NCBI GenBank assembly: GCA_964442045.1 | Contig: CAYTWI010000004.1 | Span: 2,273-66,272, forward strand | DNA: 64,000 nucleotides | DNA from: an uncultured Bifidobacterium sp. | GTDB taxonomy: Bacteria > Bacteroidota > Bacteroidia > UKL13-3 | Reading direction: 5' to 3' | In this document: piece after piece, positions 10,454 through 21,887 of the stretch | Layout of the letters: each line of letters begins with the position of its first letter | How positions within the stretch are numbered: the first letter of the stretch is position 1 | Notes under the pieces: model-generated | Told to the model about the DNA's origin: nothing | Seen by the model: the letters and a program-made list of their open reading frames with translations, nothing else | Databases searched by the model: none | Position numbers and translations under genes: made by a program

Positions 10454-11524
10454 TTAGCTCATTCCATCTTTTAGCTTTTCAGCATTTTCAGCAATTTGAA
10501 GCTGGTCAATAAAATCCTGTATATCTCCGTTTAACACATCCGGTAAATTGTATTTGGTATATCCTATCCTATGGTCGGTTACCCTTGTTTGCGGATAATT
10601 GTAGGTTCTGATTTTTGCTGATCTGTCTCCGGTAGAAACCATGGTTTTACGTTTGCTGGCAATACCATCCAAATGTTTTTTAAGTTCCATTTCATATAGT
10701 TTGGTTCTTAACATTTGCATAGCTCTTTCGCGGTTTCCTTTTTGTGTACGCTCAACCTGGCAAACTACTACTATACCACTCGGTTTATGTGTTAACATTA
10801 CTTTGGATTCAACCTTGTTTACATTTTGCCCACCTGCACCACCTGAGCGTGCAGTCTGCATATCAATATCAGCCGGATTTAAATCAACGTCTACTTCCTC
10901 TGCCTCGGGCAGTACTACTACCGAAGCCGCTGAGGTATGAACCCTGCCCTGCGTTTCCGTATCGGGTACACGTTGTACACGGTGTACTCCACTTTCGTAT
11001 TTTAAAATACCATATACGTCTTCCCCGGTTACTTCCATTACAATCTCTTTGTAACCACCCACTGTTCCTTCTGTAAAATCAAGCACCTCTGTTTTCCAGC
11101 CACGGTTTTCGCAGTAGCGTGAATACATCCTGAATAATTCTCCCGCAAATAAGGACGCTTCATCCCCTCCTGTTCCGCCTCTAATCTCTACAGTGGCATT
11201 TTTAGCATCTTCAGGCTCTTTGGGTATCAATAAAATCCTGATTTCTTCTTCTATGGGTTGCACTTTTGGTTCCAGCTCATCTAATTCAGCTTTGGCCATT
11301 TCGCGCATATCAGCATCTTTCTCCGTTTTTAAAATGTCTTTTGCATTATCAATGTTGGCCATTAAGTTTTTATACTCATGGTATTTATCAATAATTGCAG
11401 TAAGTCCTTTGTATTCCCTGTTTAAATGGGTGAATCGTTTCATATCAGCCAAAATATCAGGCTGACTAATCATTTCCTCTACATTTTTATATCGTTGAAA
11501 AATAGCTTCTAATTTATCTAACAT
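10454..11524 (-). CDS. prfA: Peptide chain release factor 1
   Basis: 356 aa with the GGQ motif (…[17 protein letters not shown]…) and the RF1-type …[19 protein letters not shown]… It has no RF2 frameshift signature. Confidence 0.9.
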   Translation of the reverse strand: MLDKLEAIFQRYKNVEEMISQPDILADMKRFTHLNREYKGLTAIIDKYHEYKNLMANIDNAKDILKTEKDADMREMAKAELDELEPKVQPIEEEIRILLIPKEPEDAKNATVEIRGGTGGDEASLFAGELFRMYSRYCENRGWKTEVLDFTEGTVGGYKEIVMEVTGEDVYGILKYESGVHRVQRVPDTETQGRVHTSAASVVVLPEAEEVDVDLNPADIDMQTARSGGAGGQNVNKVESKVMLTHKPSGIVVVCQVERTQKGNRERAMQMLRTKLYEMELKKHLDGIASKRKTMVSTGDRSAKIRTYNYPQTRVTDHRIGYTKYNLPDVLNGDIQDFIDQLQIAENAEKLKDGMS

Positions 11525-11613
11525 GCTGTTAAGCTTTACAATTTGAGGCGCAAAGATAATTGCACCAAGCTTTAAAACCTAATAAGCGTTTTAAATTAAA
11601 ATGTGGTGGGTAT

Positions 11614-11668
11614 TTAAAACAAAAGTGGCCCGAAGGCCACTTTTCAAACAAACTAACAAATAAATTTA
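11614..11668. repeat. Copy 1 of a duplicated ~55 bp element: GC hairpin (AAAAGTGGCC-CGAA-GGCCACTTTT) followed by CAAACAAACTAACAAATAAAT
   Basis: Seen directly in the prfA-fabG divergent spacer. The hairpin has T or A runs on both sides. Confidence 0.5.
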
Positions 11669-11831
11669 TACTTACTAAACAAATTTACTGTTACATCTCT
11701 AGACTATTGTACTTAGGTTAAAGTTGCACATACATTAATTTTATTGTGTCAAATTTTAATGACTATTAATTCACTGGTTTGATTTACTGATAGAAACCTC
11801 ATAAAATAATTTAAAAATATTTCATTTTTTA

Positions 11832-11893
11832 CTAAAACAAAAGGTGACCCTAACGGACCACCTTTAAAACAAACTAACAAATAAATAAATTTC
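11832..11893. repeat. Copy 2 of the same element (AAAAGGTGACCCTAACGGACCACCTTT + AAAACAAACTAACAAATAAATAAAT)
   Basis: About 220 bp downstream of copy 1. The stem is imperfect but the 21-nt tail is near-identical. Confidence 0.5.
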
Positions 11894-12173
11894 ATTTTAA
11901 ACAACTACGCGCTAACCTATAAAATAGTTACATTACTCTATTATACTATTGTTATAACAAGGCGTTACCTGTAAAATATAAATATTCTTTTACTTATTAC
12001 TATTACGACAAAGTACTCAACACTTACCCCTATCCACTTTCTACAATTTTATTAATTTATTGACTACAAACCATTTATTTTAAACAATGCTGCTTTTTTA
12101 CCTTTTTAAATTAAATACCACTAAATAATGCCAAGCTTATATATTTGCCTAATTAAAATTTGAATTATAGAAA

Positions 12174-12923
12174 ATGATTACACTATCAAACAAAACAGCA
12201 TTAATTACAGGTGCAAGCCGCGGAATTGGAAAAGGTATAGCTACTCACTTAGCTAAGCTGGGTGCTAACATTGCTTTTACTTACGCCAGCTCAGTTGAAA
12301 AAGCAATGGCTTTTGAAGCAGAGTTAAATCAAATAGGAGGTATAAAAGCTAAAGGATACCAAAGTAATGCTGCTGATTTTGCTGCCAGTGAAACTTTGGT
12401 TGATGAGGTAATGAAAGAGTTTGGTGCTATTGATATATTAATAAACAATGCAGGTATTACACGCGATACTTTATTGATGCGCATGAGTGAAGCACAATGG
12501 GATGAAGTATTGGATACCAATTTGAAATCGGCATTTAATATGACTAAAGCTGCTACTAAATATATGATGAAAGCCAAACAAGGTTCTATTATCAATATAT
12601 CTTCTATAGTTGGTATTACCGGAAATGCTGGTCAAGCCAATTATGCTGCTTCCAAAGCAGGTATGTTTGGTTTTACAAAATCGGTAGCTAAAGAATTAGG
12701 TAGCCGTAATATACGTTGCAATGCTATTGCCCCGGGTTTTATTGAAACGGAAATGACCGATGCTTTAACTGCTGAAGTAAAAGCAGAGTGGATTAAAGGT
12801 ATACCTTTAAAACGTGGAGGTTCAACAGAAGATGTAGCCAATTGTGTTGCATTCCTGTCAAGCGACTTATCAGCTTATATTACCGGACAAACTATTAATG
12901 TTTGTGGTGGTATGGTAATGTAA
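12174..12923 (+). CDS. fabG: 3-oxoacyl-[acyl-carrier-protein] reductase
   Basis: 249 aa short-chain dehydrogenase/reductase (SDR) with TGASRGIGKGIA (NADP-binding), NNAG, a catalytic S…YxxxK (…NYAASKAG…) and a C-terminal …GQTINVCGGMVM typical of FabG. Confidence 0.85.
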   Translation: MITLSNKTALITGASRGIGKGIATHLAKLGANIAFTYASSVEKAMAFEAELNQIGGIKAKGYQSNAADFAASETLVDEVMKEFGAIDILINNAGITRDTLLMRMSEAQWDEVLDTNLKSAFNMTKAATKYMMKAKQGSIINISSIVGITGNAGQANYAASKAGMFGFTKSVAKELGSRNIRCNAIAPGFIETEMTDALTAEVKAEWIKGIPLKRGGSTEDVANCVAFLSSDLSAYITGQTINVCGGMVM

Positions 12924-12953
12924 TTAATTACTGATTCTTAAGCATCAAAAAAA

Positions 12954-15029
12954 TTGAATTTAACTACTGAATTATCGCTTTGGTATTTACCTGTGTGCGC
13001 AATTGTTGCTGCTGGTTTATCGTGGTTTTTATATTACAAAAATCCATTAAACGTTGGCAATAAATATGTACGATGGGCTTTATATGCTCTGCGTTTTTCA
13101 AGTGTTTTCCTCATTAGCTTTTTGCTTTTAGGTATTCTTATTAAGTCTAATAATAAAACAGTAAGAAAGCCTGTTATTATTATAGCTGCCGACAATAGTC
13201 AATCTGTTATTACCAACCAATTTGGTTCAACCTATAAAGCCAGTTTACAAAGTAAATTAAATGTGCTGGGCACTGAGTTAAATAACGATTATGAAATAAA
13301 ATATTATACGTTTGGTAATGAAACAAAACCTGATCTGGAATTAAACTTTGCTCAAAAACAAAGTAATATGGAGCAGGTAGTGAGTGAAATTGAAAACACC
13401 CACAGCAACAAAAACCTTGGTGCCGTAATATTGGCCAGCGATGGTATTTATAACAAAGGTAATAATCCACTGGAGGCTGCTACCAATTTAAAAGTTCCGT
13501 TTTATACCATTGCGCTTGGCGACAGTAACCAGCAGTGCGATGCATTGATTAAAACCGTTCGCTATAACCAGATTGTATTTGCTGGCAATGAGTTTGAAGT
13601 AGAAATTGATATTTCGGCTTTTGAACTCAATAAAAAGAACAGCCTTGTTGAAATCAGCAGCAACGGGCAGCGTTTGTTCAACCAGAATTTTGTTATTGAC
13701 AATAATGTTTTCTTTAAAACAATAAAAGCCAAGCTGCAGGCTAATAAGGAAGGCACACAACATTTTACAGTCAATATCACCCAGCAGAAAAATGAAATAA
13801 GCTATGCCAATAACCGGTATGATTTTTTTGTGGATGTTATAAAAGCCAAGCAAAAAATAATGATAGTAGGTTTGGCTCCTCATCCTGATTTAACAGCGCT
13901 GAAACAAGCCATTAACCAAAACCAGAATTACCAAGCTTCTATAGTATTGCACACCCAAATTACCAACGATATTTTTAACCAGTGTGATATTGTAATTGCT
14001 CACCAGTTACCGGGTTGGCGTAACGAAGCTATGCCATTTATAAAACAAGTTATCGAAAAAAAGTTTCCTTGCCTGTTTATACTGAGTAATAAAAGCAGTT
14101 TACAACTACTTAATCAATTACAAAACAGTATAAAGGTGGGAGGTAATCCTGGTAACTCGGCCAATGCTATAGCCAGCTATAATAGTAATAACACTGCTAT
14201 TTATTTTGATGAAACTACCAGTAAACAAATAAACGACTTACCGCCTTTGCAGGTTGTTTATGGTAACTATGTATTGGGTAACCAAACTCAGGCAGTATTT
14301 AAACAGCAAATTGGTTATGTTGCTACCGATGCTCCTTTGTTATGTATTGACAACAGCAATAACCTGGCTTTTTTAATGGGTGAAGGTTTCTGGAAATGGC
14401 GCTTGTTTGATTTTGAAAAAAACAACCAGCAACAAATAACCAATGACCTAATCTCAAAAGTTATTCAAAGCATTGGTGTAAAAGCAGACAAGAGTTTGTT
14501 TAAGGTGAAACCTATTAAACAAAAGTTTGATGAAGGCGATGCTATTATTTTTGATGCCGAAATGTACAACCAGAGCTATGAGCTGCAAAATAGTGACGAT
14601 ATTAATTTAACGGTAAAAAATGCCCAGGGCAAAGTATTCAACTACACTTTTAGCAAAACAGAAAAAGCATATACGGCTAATTTGGGGCAGTTACCAATTG
14701 GTTCTTATAGTTATGTAGCAAGGGCCAGCACGCAAAAAAATAATAAGACCGGAAATTTTATAGTGCAGGCTTTACAAACAGAACTGGCACAAACAAGAGC
14801 TAACTACCAACTATTGAATACCATTGCCAATGAAACACATGGCGAAGCATTTGATTTCAACTCAATACCCAATATTGCCAAACAAATAAAACTGAATGAA
14901 AATATTCAATCTGTTATTTACAAAACAACAAAATTAGATGAGCTGATTAACGATAAATGGTTGTTTTTTCTTATTCTTGTTATACTCTCTTTGGAGTGGT
15001 TAATAAGAAAATGGAATGGTGTAATTTAA
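12954..15029 (+). CDS. Hypothetical membrane protein, N- and C-terminal TM helices; BatA/vWA-like architecture not verifiable by eye
   Basis: 691 aa. Two N-terminal TM segments and a C-terminal TM (…WLFFLILVILSLEWLI…). Confidence 0.4.
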   Translation: MNLTTELSLWYLPVCAIVAAGLSWFLYYKNPLNVGNKYVRWALYALRFSSVFLISFLLLGILIKSNNKTVRKPVIIIAADNSQSVITNQFGSTYKASLQSKLNVLGTELNNDYEIKYYTFGNETKPDLELNFAQKQSNMEQVVSEIENTHSNKNLGAVILASDGIYNKGNNPLEAATNLKVPFYTIALGDSNQQCDALIKTVRYNQIVFAGNEFEVEIDISAFELNKKNSLVEISSNGQRLFNQNFVIDNNVFFKTIKAKLQANKEGTQHFTVNITQQKNEISYANNRYDFFVDVIKAKQKIMIVGLAPHPDLTALKQAINQNQNYQASIVLHTQITNDIFNQCDIVIAHQLPGWRNEAMPFIKQVIEKKFPCLFILSNKSSLQLLNQLQNSIKVGGNPGNSANAIASYNSNNTAIYFDETTSKQINDLPPLQVVYGNYVLGNQTQAVFKQQIGYVATDAPLLCIDNSNNLAFLMGEGFWKWRLFDFEKNNQQQITNDLISKVIQSIGVKADKSLFKVKPIKQKFDEGDAIIFDAEMYNQSYELQNSDDINLTVKNAQGKVFNYTFSKTEKAYTANLGQLPIGSYSYVARASTQKNNKTGNFIVQALQTELAQTRANYQLLNTIANETHGEAFDFNSIPNIAKQIKLNENIQSVIYKTTKLDELINDKWLFFLILVILSLEWLIRKWNGVI

Positions 15030-15042
15030 TTATAACAGTACA

Positions 15043-15675
15043 ATGAAAACAGGAGGCTATTCAAAAATAATTCATGTAATAGTTCTTGCTACTTTCTTTT
15101 TACCCTTTTTTCAAAATGGATGTGGACCTAGTGCAGAAGAAAAAGTAAAAGCAGAAAACAAAAGACTAGTTGACTCTATTGCCAACGCTACTGCAATTGC
15201 AGATTCTATTGCACAACAAACAAACGAGCCTGTTATATCAGAGGAAATAGACTCTATCTATATTGACAGTTCCATCGTTTCAAAATCTATTAATACAACA
15301 ACAGAAAAAGAAAAGAGAATTTCTGTACAAGTAGCAGAGGAGTTTCCTTTTCTAAAACCCTTATTAAATCATGATGGAGATATTTCAACAGGTGTGGGCT
15401 CTGTTATTGACAGTTCGCCTTACTTCGTGTTTATATATACTTCTCTATGCCTATTATTATTACTCATTAGTTTTGTCATTAAATTTATAGACAAAAAGGC
15501 ACTGAACACTATTATTTTTACAGAACTACTCTCTATTGTCGCCCTATATAATGCTGTACCAATAACTTTGTTTGGCGATAAATTATGGGGTTATTGGGTT
15601 TGCTTTTATGGCATCATTATTTTGCTCATTTACGATGTTTATGCACGCATAAAACACAAAAGAACTGAGGAATAG
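15043..15675 (+). CDS. Hypothetical membrane protein
   Basis: 210 aa with an N-terminal TM and a C-terminal cluster of TM helices. No motif recognised. Confidence 0.4.
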   Translation: MKTGGYSKIIHVIVLATFFLPFFQNGCGPSAEEKVKAENKRLVDSIANATAIADSIAQQTNEPVISEEIDSIYIDSSIVSKSINTTTEKEKRISVQVAEEFPFLKPLLNHDGDISTGVGSVIDSSPYFVFIYTSLCLLLLLISFVIKFIDKKALNTIIFTELLSIVALYNAVPITLFGDKLWGYWVCFYGIIILLIYDVYARIKHKRTEE

Positions 15676-15791
15676 AATTATTTCTTCTCCCATGCTTTTT
15701 AACTCCCTCTAATAAAATCTCATTTACTGATTTTAGTCGTTAGTTTTATTTTGTATAAATCTTATTTTCGCAACGCAAAATTATAAAATAC

Positions 15792-17006
15792 ATGAAAACA
15801 GTCGATTCAATTAATTTTAATGGTAAAAAAGCGCTTGTACGCGTAGATTTTAATGTGCCTTTAGACAAACAAACTTTAATCGTTACGGATGATGCGCGCA
15901 TACGAGCAACAGTGCCTACTATTAAAAAAATATTAGCCGATGGCGGTTCTTGTATTTTGATGAGTCATTTGGGCCGCCCTTTAAAAAAATTAAAAGAAGA
16001 TGGCACAGTTGATTTTGAAAAACACTCCTTAAAGCATGCCTTATCTACTGCTTCAAAATTATTGGGGGTTGATGTTCAGTTTGCCAACGATTGTATCGGG
16101 CAGGAAGCCATTGATAAAGCGGCCAATTTAAAAGCAGGTGAAGTTTTATTATTAGAAAACTTACGTTTTTACAAAGAAGAAGAAAAAGGTGATGTAGCCT
16201 TTGCGGAGAAATTAAGTAAGCTGGGCGATGTATATGTAAATGATGCATTTGGAACTGCTCACCGTGCACATGCGAGTACTGCTATTATTGCACAGTTTTT
16301 CCCTAACAATAAATGCTTTGGTTATGTAATGGCAAACGAAGTAGCTAATGCAGAGAAAGTAATGAAAAATGCAGAGCGTCCGTTTACGGCCATTACCGGT
16401 GGTGCTAAGGTTTCTGACAAACTATTAATCATTGAAAATTTAATCAATAGCGTTGACAATATTATTATTGGTGGCGGAATGGCTTATACCTTTTTAAAGG
16501 CACAAGGTTACGAAATTGGTTCATCGCTTTGCGAAGATGACAGATTGGAACTTTGCTTAGACTTATTGAAAAAAGCAGAAGCTAAAGGCGTAAAATTATT
16601 ATTACCTGCCGACTCTGTGGTAGCTGATAAATTTGGTAACGATGCCAACTTTAAAAATTGCAGTAACCATAAAATTGAAACCGGTTGGATGGGTTTAGAT
16701 ATAGGAACGGAAGCAAGCCAAACTTTTGCCGATGTAATTAAAAGTTCCAAAACAGTTTTATGGAACGGACCAATGGGTGTTTTTGAAATGAGCAATTTTG
16801 AGAACGGAACTAAAAGTGTAGCCATAGCCGTAGTAGAAGCTACTAAAAATGGTGCGTTCAGTTTGATTGGTGGTGGCGATAGCGCTGCTGCGGTAGCTAA
16901 ATTTGGTTTTGAAGACCAGGTAAGTTATGTGAGTACAGGTGGTGGTGCCTTGTTAGAGTACTTTGAAGGAAAAGAGTTACCGGGTATTGCGGCTATTAAT
17001 AATTAA
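15792..17006 (+). CDS. pgk: Phosphoglycerate kinase
   Basis: 404 aa. …[13 protein letters not shown]…, …GRP… and the C-terminal …STGGGA… motifs are diagnostic for PGK. Confidence 0.92.
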   Translation: MKTVDSINFNGKKALVRVDFNVPLDKQTLIVTDDARIRATVPTIKKILADGGSCILMSHLGRPLKKLKEDGTVDFEKHSLKHALSTASKLLGVDVQFANDCIGQEAIDKAANLKAGEVLLLENLRFYKEEEKGDVAFAEKLSKLGDVYVNDAFGTAHRAHASTAIIAQFFPNNKCFGYVMANEVANAEKVMKNAERPFTAITGGAKVSDKLLIIENLINSVDNIIIGGGMAYTFLKAQGYEIGSSLCEDDRLELCLDLLKKAEAKGVKLLLPADSVVADKFGNDANFKNCSNHKIETGWMGLDIGTEASQTFADVIKSSKTVLWNGPMGVFEMSNFENGTKSVAIAVVEATKNGAFSLIGGGDSAAAVAKFGFEDQVSYVSTGGGALLEYFEGKELPGIAAINN

Positions 17007-17124
17007 TATTTGCCTCTGGCAGCTGGCTACTGGCTGCTGGCAAAAATAATTTAAGAATAAAAAAGTTTAATAATATATAACAAAAGCCATCCCGATAGCT
17101 ATCGGGAGCTAGCAGCAAAAAATT

Positions 17125-18519
17125 ATGACATACAGAATAGAACACGATACCATGGGCGAGGTGCAAGTACCTGCCGAAAAATATTGGGGAGCACAAACAG
17201 AACGCAGCCGCAATAACTTTAAAATTGGCCCGGAGGCCAGCATGCCAAAAGAAATAATCCATGCATTTGCCTATTTAAAAAAAGCAGCTGCGCATGCCAA
17301 TACTGATTTAGGTGTATTACCCGCTGAAAAACGCGATTTAATCAGCAAAGTATGTGATGAAATTTTAACCGGAATGCACGATGGGGAGTTTCCGTTGGTA
17401 ATTTGGCAAACCGGCAGCGGTACCCAAAGCAATATGAACTCCAATGAGGTTATTGCTAACCGTGCACACGTTATTAATGGTGGTAATTTATTAGACGAAA
17501 ACAAAGTATTACATCCAAACGATGATGTAAATAAATCGCAGTCAAGTAATGATACTTTCCCAACGGCTATGCACATTGCTGCATACAAACAAACTGTTGA
17601 AATTACATTACCCGGCTTAACTTTATTGCGCAATACTTTAGATAAAAAAGCAAAAGATTTTAAAAATATAGTTAAAACTGGTAGAACCCATTTTATGGAT
17701 GCTACTCCATTAACTTTAGGACAAGAATTTAGTGGCTACGTACAACAAATTGATAACTCAATCAGGGCTATTAATAATGCACTAACCATGATTTTAGAAT
17801 TGGCTTTAGGTGGTACCGCAGTAGGAACCGGCTTAAATGCTCCTAAAGGTTATGATGTATTGGTAGCTAAAAAAATTGCTGAGTTTACAGGCTACCCGTT
17901 TGTTACTGCACCAAATAAATTTGAAGCATTGGCTGCTCACGATGCCATGGTTGAATTAAGTGGGGCATTGAAACGTACAGCAGTTTCGTTAATGAAAATT
18001 GCCAACGATATACGTATGTTATCTTCGGGCCCACGCAGCGGTATTGGTGAAATTATTATTCCTGATAACGAACCGGGCTCATCTATTATGCCGGGTAAAG
18101 TAAACCCAACGCAACCGGAGGCTATGACTATGGTTTGTGCACAGGTAATTGGTAACGATGTAGCGGTTACTGTGGGCGGTATGAACGGACATTTTGAATT
18201 GAATGTATTTAAACCGGTAATGGCAGCTAACGTATTGCAAAGCGCGCGTTTAATTGGTGATGCATGTGTATCATTCAACGATAAATGTGCAATAGGTATT
18301 GAGGCCAACAACGATATTATTCAACGCCACTTAGAAAATTCATTGATGTTGGTTACTGCTTTAAACCCTCATATTGGTTACGAAAAAGCAGCTAAAATTG
18401 CAAAGAAAGCTCATAAAGAAAATAAGACTTTACGCGAAGCGGCAGTAGAGTTAGGTTACTTAACCAGCGAAGAATTTACAGCCTGGGTTAAACCCGAAAA
18501 CATGGTTGGTAATTTATAG
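17125..18519 (+). CDS. fumC: Class II fumarate hydratase
   Basis: 464 aa with the signature [13 protein letters not shown] (fumarate lyase SS loop). Overall it matches the FumC/aspartase family. Confidence 0.92.
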   Translation: MTYRIEHDTMGEVQVPAEKYWGAQTERSRNNFKIGPEASMPKEIIHAFAYLKKAAAHANTDLGVLPAEKRDLISKVCDEILTGMHDGEFPLVIWQTGSGTQSNMNSNEVIANRAHVINGGNLLDENKVLHPNDDVNKSQSSNDTFPTAMHIAAYKQTVEITLPGLTLLRNTLDKKAKDFKNIVKTGRTHFMDATPLTLGQEFSGYVQQIDNSIRAINNALTMILELALGGTAVGTGLNAPKGYDVLVAKKIAEFTGYPFVTAPNKFEALAAHDAMVELSGALKRTAVSLMKIANDIRMLSSGPRSGIGEIIIPDNEPGSSIMPGKVNPTQPEAMTMVCAQVIGNDVAVTVGGMNGHFELNVFKPVMAANVLQSARLIGDACVSFNDKCAIGIEANNDIIQRHLENSLMLVTALNPHIGYEKAAKIAKKAHKENKTLREAAVELGYLTSEEFTAWVKPENMVGNL

Positions 18520-18544
18520 TCAATCATTCTGTATAAAATATAAA

Positions 18545-18578
18545 ACGCCATCTTTCAAAAGAAAGATGGCGTTTTTGT
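18545..18578. terminator. Bidirectional rho-independent terminator (AAACGCCATCTTTC-AAAA-GAAAGATGGCGTTTTTG)
   Basis: Perfect 14-bp stem with a T-tract. It lies between convergent fumC (+) and mgtC-like (-). Confidence 0.55.
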
Positions 18579-18601
18579 TTACTTACTTTTAAACTAAATT
18601 A

Positions 18602-19288
18602 TTACTCCAATGTATCCCACCTCACCAGTTGCATATCATTTATATTATGCAGCATTTCATCTATTTCAGCAATATCTTCATCTGCTTTATCCAATACCTT
18701 TAATGTTATATCTATTACTACATTTTCATTGTTTATAAACTCTACATTGTAAGAGTTTACTTTTAAGTTGTTCGTCTTTTCAATAATCTTAAACAAATTA
18801 ATCCTTACTACATCTTTTACGGCTAAACTGCATTTAACAAGTAATCTATGACGACCACTATTTTGATTACCTTGATTTCGTTTCTCTATCCTGGCTTCAA
18901 CCGGGCGTAATACCAAATGCGATAGGATTACAAACAAAGTACCTATACCTGCCTCGTACCAAAACCCCAAACCGGCTAAACACCCTACTGCCCCGCTACA
19001 CCAAATAGTGGCCGCTGTGTTTAAACCTGATACACTAAAACCTTCTTTCATAATGGCACCGGCTCCTAAAAAACCAATACCTGTTATTATTTGAGCAGCA
19101 ATACGTGCTTCGCTTGAGCTATCCATTATTTTGGCTCCTAACAAAATAAATAATGCCGAACCTAAGGATACCAAAGCATTGGTTTTAACACCTGCCATTT
19201 TATGGCGCCACTGACGCTCCAAGCCAATAGCAGCTCCTAACAACAAAGCCAATAACAAGCGAAGTTCAAATTGAGTAATAGTTACCAT
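18602..19288 (-). CDS. MgtC/SapB family membrane protein
   Basis: 228 aa. The N-terminus …LLLALLLGAAIGLERQWRHKMAGVKTNALV… is the conserved MgtC motif. Confidence 0.8.
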   Translation of the reverse strand: MVTITQFELRLLLALLLGAAIGLERQWRHKMAGVKTNALVSLGSALFILLGAKIMDSSSEARIAAQIITGIGFLGAGAIMKEGFSVSGLNTAATIWCSGAVGCLAGLGFWYEAGIGTLFVILSHLVLRPVEARIEKRNQGNQNSGRHRLLVKCSLAVKDVVRINLFKIIEKTNNLKVNSYNVEFINNENVVIDITLKVLDKADEDIAEIDEMLHNINDMQLVRWDTLE

Positions 19289-19385
19289 GTGGTAATATTA
19301 CAAAATCTGTTTATTTTTTTTTGATTAAACATTTCTGTACAAATAATTTTAATGAAGCCGCGGCTTTTTAAGTTATTTTTGCTCC

Positions 19386-20036
19386 ATGAGTTTTGACTTA
19401 ATTCCTGACAACTTACAGCAATACTGCGATGCTGCCACCTCGGCTGAAAGCCCCGTTTTACAACAGCTTAACAGACATACACATGCCAATGTATTACAAC
19501 CACGTATGCTAAGCGGGCATTTTCAGGGGCGTTTACTTAGTATGGTCAGTCATTTGCTAAAGCCAAAATACATTCTAGAAATTGGCACATATACCGGTTA
19601 TTCGGCTATTTGCCTGGCTGAAGGTTTACAGGAAAACGGCAAGCTTATTACCATTGATGTGAACCCGGAGCATGAGGATTTGGTTAATGATTATATAGAA
19701 AAATCGGGTAACAAAGGTAAAATACAGCATATTATTGGCGATGCATACCAGATTATCCGCACCTTAAATTATGCTTTTGACCTTGTTTTTATTGATGCGG
19801 ATAAACCTAACTACCCTAAATACTATGAACTGGTATTAAATATAATTCCTTCGGGTGCCTTTATTTTAATTGATAATGTGCTTTGGAGTGGAAAGGTTTT
19901 GGATGCAAACCACATAGAAAAAGACCGTGACACAAGGATTTTACACGACTTAAACCAGCATATTACCAACGATACCCGGGTAGAAAATATATTATTGCCT
20001 ATGAGGGACGGACTTATGCTGGTTCGTAAAAAATAA
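19386..20036 (+). CDS. Class I SAM-dependent O-methyltransferase (caffeoyl-CoA OMT-like)
   Basis: 216 aa with …ILEIGTYTGYSAICLAEGL… (SAM motif I) and …FIDADKPNY…, typical of the cation-dependent OMT family. Confidence 0.75.
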   Translation: MSFDLIPDNLQQYCDAATSAESPVLQQLNRHTHANVLQPRMLSGHFQGRLLSMVSHLLKPKYILEIGTYTGYSAICLAEGLQENGKLITIDVNPEHEDLVNDYIEKSGNKGKIQHIIGDAYQIIRTLNYAFDLVFIDADKPNYPKYYELVLNIIPSGAFILIDNVLWSGKVLDANHIEKDRDTRILHDLNQHITNDTRVENILLPMRDGLMLVRKK

Positions 20037-20155
20037 TTAATCATAAAACCTGCAGGACCCCTAACTTCATTCATTTTCAAGCTTTTTACGTTTAAAACAA
20101 GCTATAAATAGCTATTTTACAATTGGCTGCTTATATTCGCAACCTTTATAAAGTT

Positions 20156-20518
20156 ATGGGTATTCGTCAGGAAAAATTTGCAGGCATTATACAACAGTAT
20201 CTGTCTGAAATATTTTTAAAAGAAGCAGGTTCTTTTAACAACGCTTTTATTACAATCAGCCGCGTGGAAATATCGCCTGATTTGGGCTATGCTAAAGTTT
20301 ACCTTAGCTTTTTAAACACTACCAATAAAACAGAATTGCTCGACTTAATTAACTTTAACAATAAAGAAATCCGTAAACGCCTTGCAGCCAAAATAAAAAA
20401 CCAGGCACGCATAGTACCAGAACTAAGCTTTTTTATTGATGATAGCCTGGACTATGTTTTCCATATGGAAAATGTATTGAAAAAGGTAAAAGACGAAGAC
20501 GACAAAAAAGGAAAATAA
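20156..20518 (+). CDS. rbfA: Ribosome-binding factor A
   Basis: …RQEKFAGIIQQYLSEIF… and …ITISRVEISPDLGYAKVYLS… are the RbfA signature. The track ORF starts at TTG 20123; the first ATG is at 20156. Confidence 0.8.
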   Translation: MGIRQEKFAGIIQQYLSEIFLKEAGSFNNAFITISRVEISPDLGYAKVYLSFLNTTNKTELLDLINFNNKEIRKRLAAKIKNQARIVPELSFFIDDSLDYVFHMENVLKKVKDEDDKKGK

Positions 20519-20550
20519 TTAAAAACAGAAATCTCAACAGTAAAAAAATA

Positions 20551-21360
20551 ATGAATTACGATCCAATAAAGAAAGATTTAGGCATAGTATTTAATAAGTA
20601 TACCATTTTACGTAAATTATTTTACAGCTTACTTGATTTGCTTTTATTACGCAGCTGGCATATACACCGCGAGTTAAAAAAATGGATTGATAAAAACCCG
20701 AAAGCATTAATTTGTGATGCGGGTTCAGGCTTTGGCCAATACAGTTATTTTTTAGCTAAACATAAAAACCAATACACCATTGATTCATTAGATGTAATGG
20801 AAAAACAAATTGCTGACTGCAACGAGTTTTTTGGTAAAGTAGGTTTAGCCAATGCTAAGTTCCAGTTTGCCGATTTAACCAAACCATTTGCTAGCAATAA
20901 ATATGATTTGATTCTATGCGTAGATGTAATGGAACATATTTTAGAAGATGTTGATGTGTTTACCAATTATTACCAGGCTATGAAACCTGGGTCTATGTTG
21001 TTAATTTCAACTCCAAGTGACCAAGGCGGAAGTGATGTACACGAAGAAACAGGCGAAAGCTTTATTGGCGAACATGTACGCGATGGATACCCGGTAGCTG
21101 AAATGGAAGAAAAATTAATGAAAGCAGGATTCAGTAAAGATAAAATCGAAATACTATACAGCTATGGAGCACCCGGTAAAATAGCATGGAAACTAAGCAT
21201 GAAATATCCAATGTCGATGTTAAATGCCAGCAAAGCATTCTTTATTATTTTGCCTTTTTATTATATCATTACTTTCCCAATCAGCTTTATTTTAAATTAC
21301 CTTGATACCAATACTACCCATAAAACAGGTACCGGTTTAATTGTAAAGGCCTGGAAATAA
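20551..21360 (+). CDS. Class I SAM-dependent methyltransferase
   Basis: 269 aa with …LICDAGSGFGQYSYFLA… (motif I) and …LILCVDVMEHI… (motif II/III). Confidence 0.7.
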   Translation: MNYDPIKKDLGIVFNKYTILRKLFYSLLDLLLLRSWHIHRELKKWIDKNPKALICDAGSGFGQYSYFLAKHKNQYTIDSLDVMEKQIADCNEFFGKVGLANAKFQFADLTKPFASNKYDLILCVDVMEHILEDVDVFTNYYQAMKPGSMLLISTPSDQGGSDVHEETGESFIGEHVRDGYPVAEMEEKLMKAGFSKDKIEILYSYGAPGKIAWKLSMKYPMSMLNASKAFFIILPFYYIITFPISFILNYLDTNTTHKTGTGLIVKAWK

Positions 21361-21380
21361 ATTTCAATTTTTAGTCACTA

Positions 21381-21414
21381 AAAAAAGCATACTCAAACAG
21401 TATGCTTTTTTTAT
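21381..21414 (+). terminator. Rho-independent terminator (AAAAAAAGCATACTCAAACAGTATGCTTTTTTTAT)
   Basis: 10-bp perfect stem plus a T7 tract, immediately after the methyltransferase stop. Confidence 0.55.
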
Positions 21415-21459
21415 GCGCTTTTATCAATACATTGAGCGAGACATTTTTATGTAAACAAT

Positions 21460-21882
21460 ATGCAAATAACTGAACTGCCTTTTAATAAACTGATTAATCT
21501 TGAACTATCTGACAAGGATGAATACTTACTGAAACTATCAGCCAGCCAGGCATACACCAACCACTTAAACACGGTGCATGCAGCAGCCTTGTTTGCTTTG
21601 GCCGAAGCCACCAGCGGGCAGTTCCTGCTAATTCATTTCCCTGCATATGGAAACAATTTAATACCTGTTGTCAGAAAAGTAACTGTTAAATATAAAAAAC
21701 CTGCTACAGGAGCTATTTACTCCAAAGCTAGCTTGGTTGACATGAATGTGGCAGATATAAGCACACAATTAGCTACTAAAAAACGGATTTCATTTACGCT
21801 GCATGTAGAGCTTTTTGACACCCATAACACCCTTGTTTTTGACGGCCATTTTGAATGGTTTGTAAGTGTATTGGAACAATAA
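21460..21882 (+). CDS. Hotdog-fold thioesterase-like protein (DUF4442/YiiD-C-like)
   Basis: 140 aa. …HAAALFALAEATSGQF… matches the PaaI/hotdog core pattern. Confidence 0.5.
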   Translation: MQITELPFNKLINLELSDKDEYLLKLSASQAYTNHLNTVHAAALFALAEATSGQFLLIHFPAYGNNLIPVVRKVTVKYKKPATGAIYSKASLVDMNVADISTQLATKKRISFTLHVELFDTHNTLVFDGHFEWFVSVLEQ

Positions 21883-21887
21883 CACCA

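Noticed and set aside
10454-11524. Possible RF2 with programmed +1 frameshift
   Set aside because: It is a single uninterrupted frame, with an RF1-type discriminator region and GGQ. No internal in-frame stop or CUU-UGA shifty site.
17007-17124. CTGGC-rich pentamer run (CTGGCAGCTGGCTACTGGCTGCTGGCA) and the CCCGATAGCTATCGGG palindrome between pgk and fumC
   Set aside because: Probably just the pgk terminator or operator region. It is too short and too isolated to call a repeat family.
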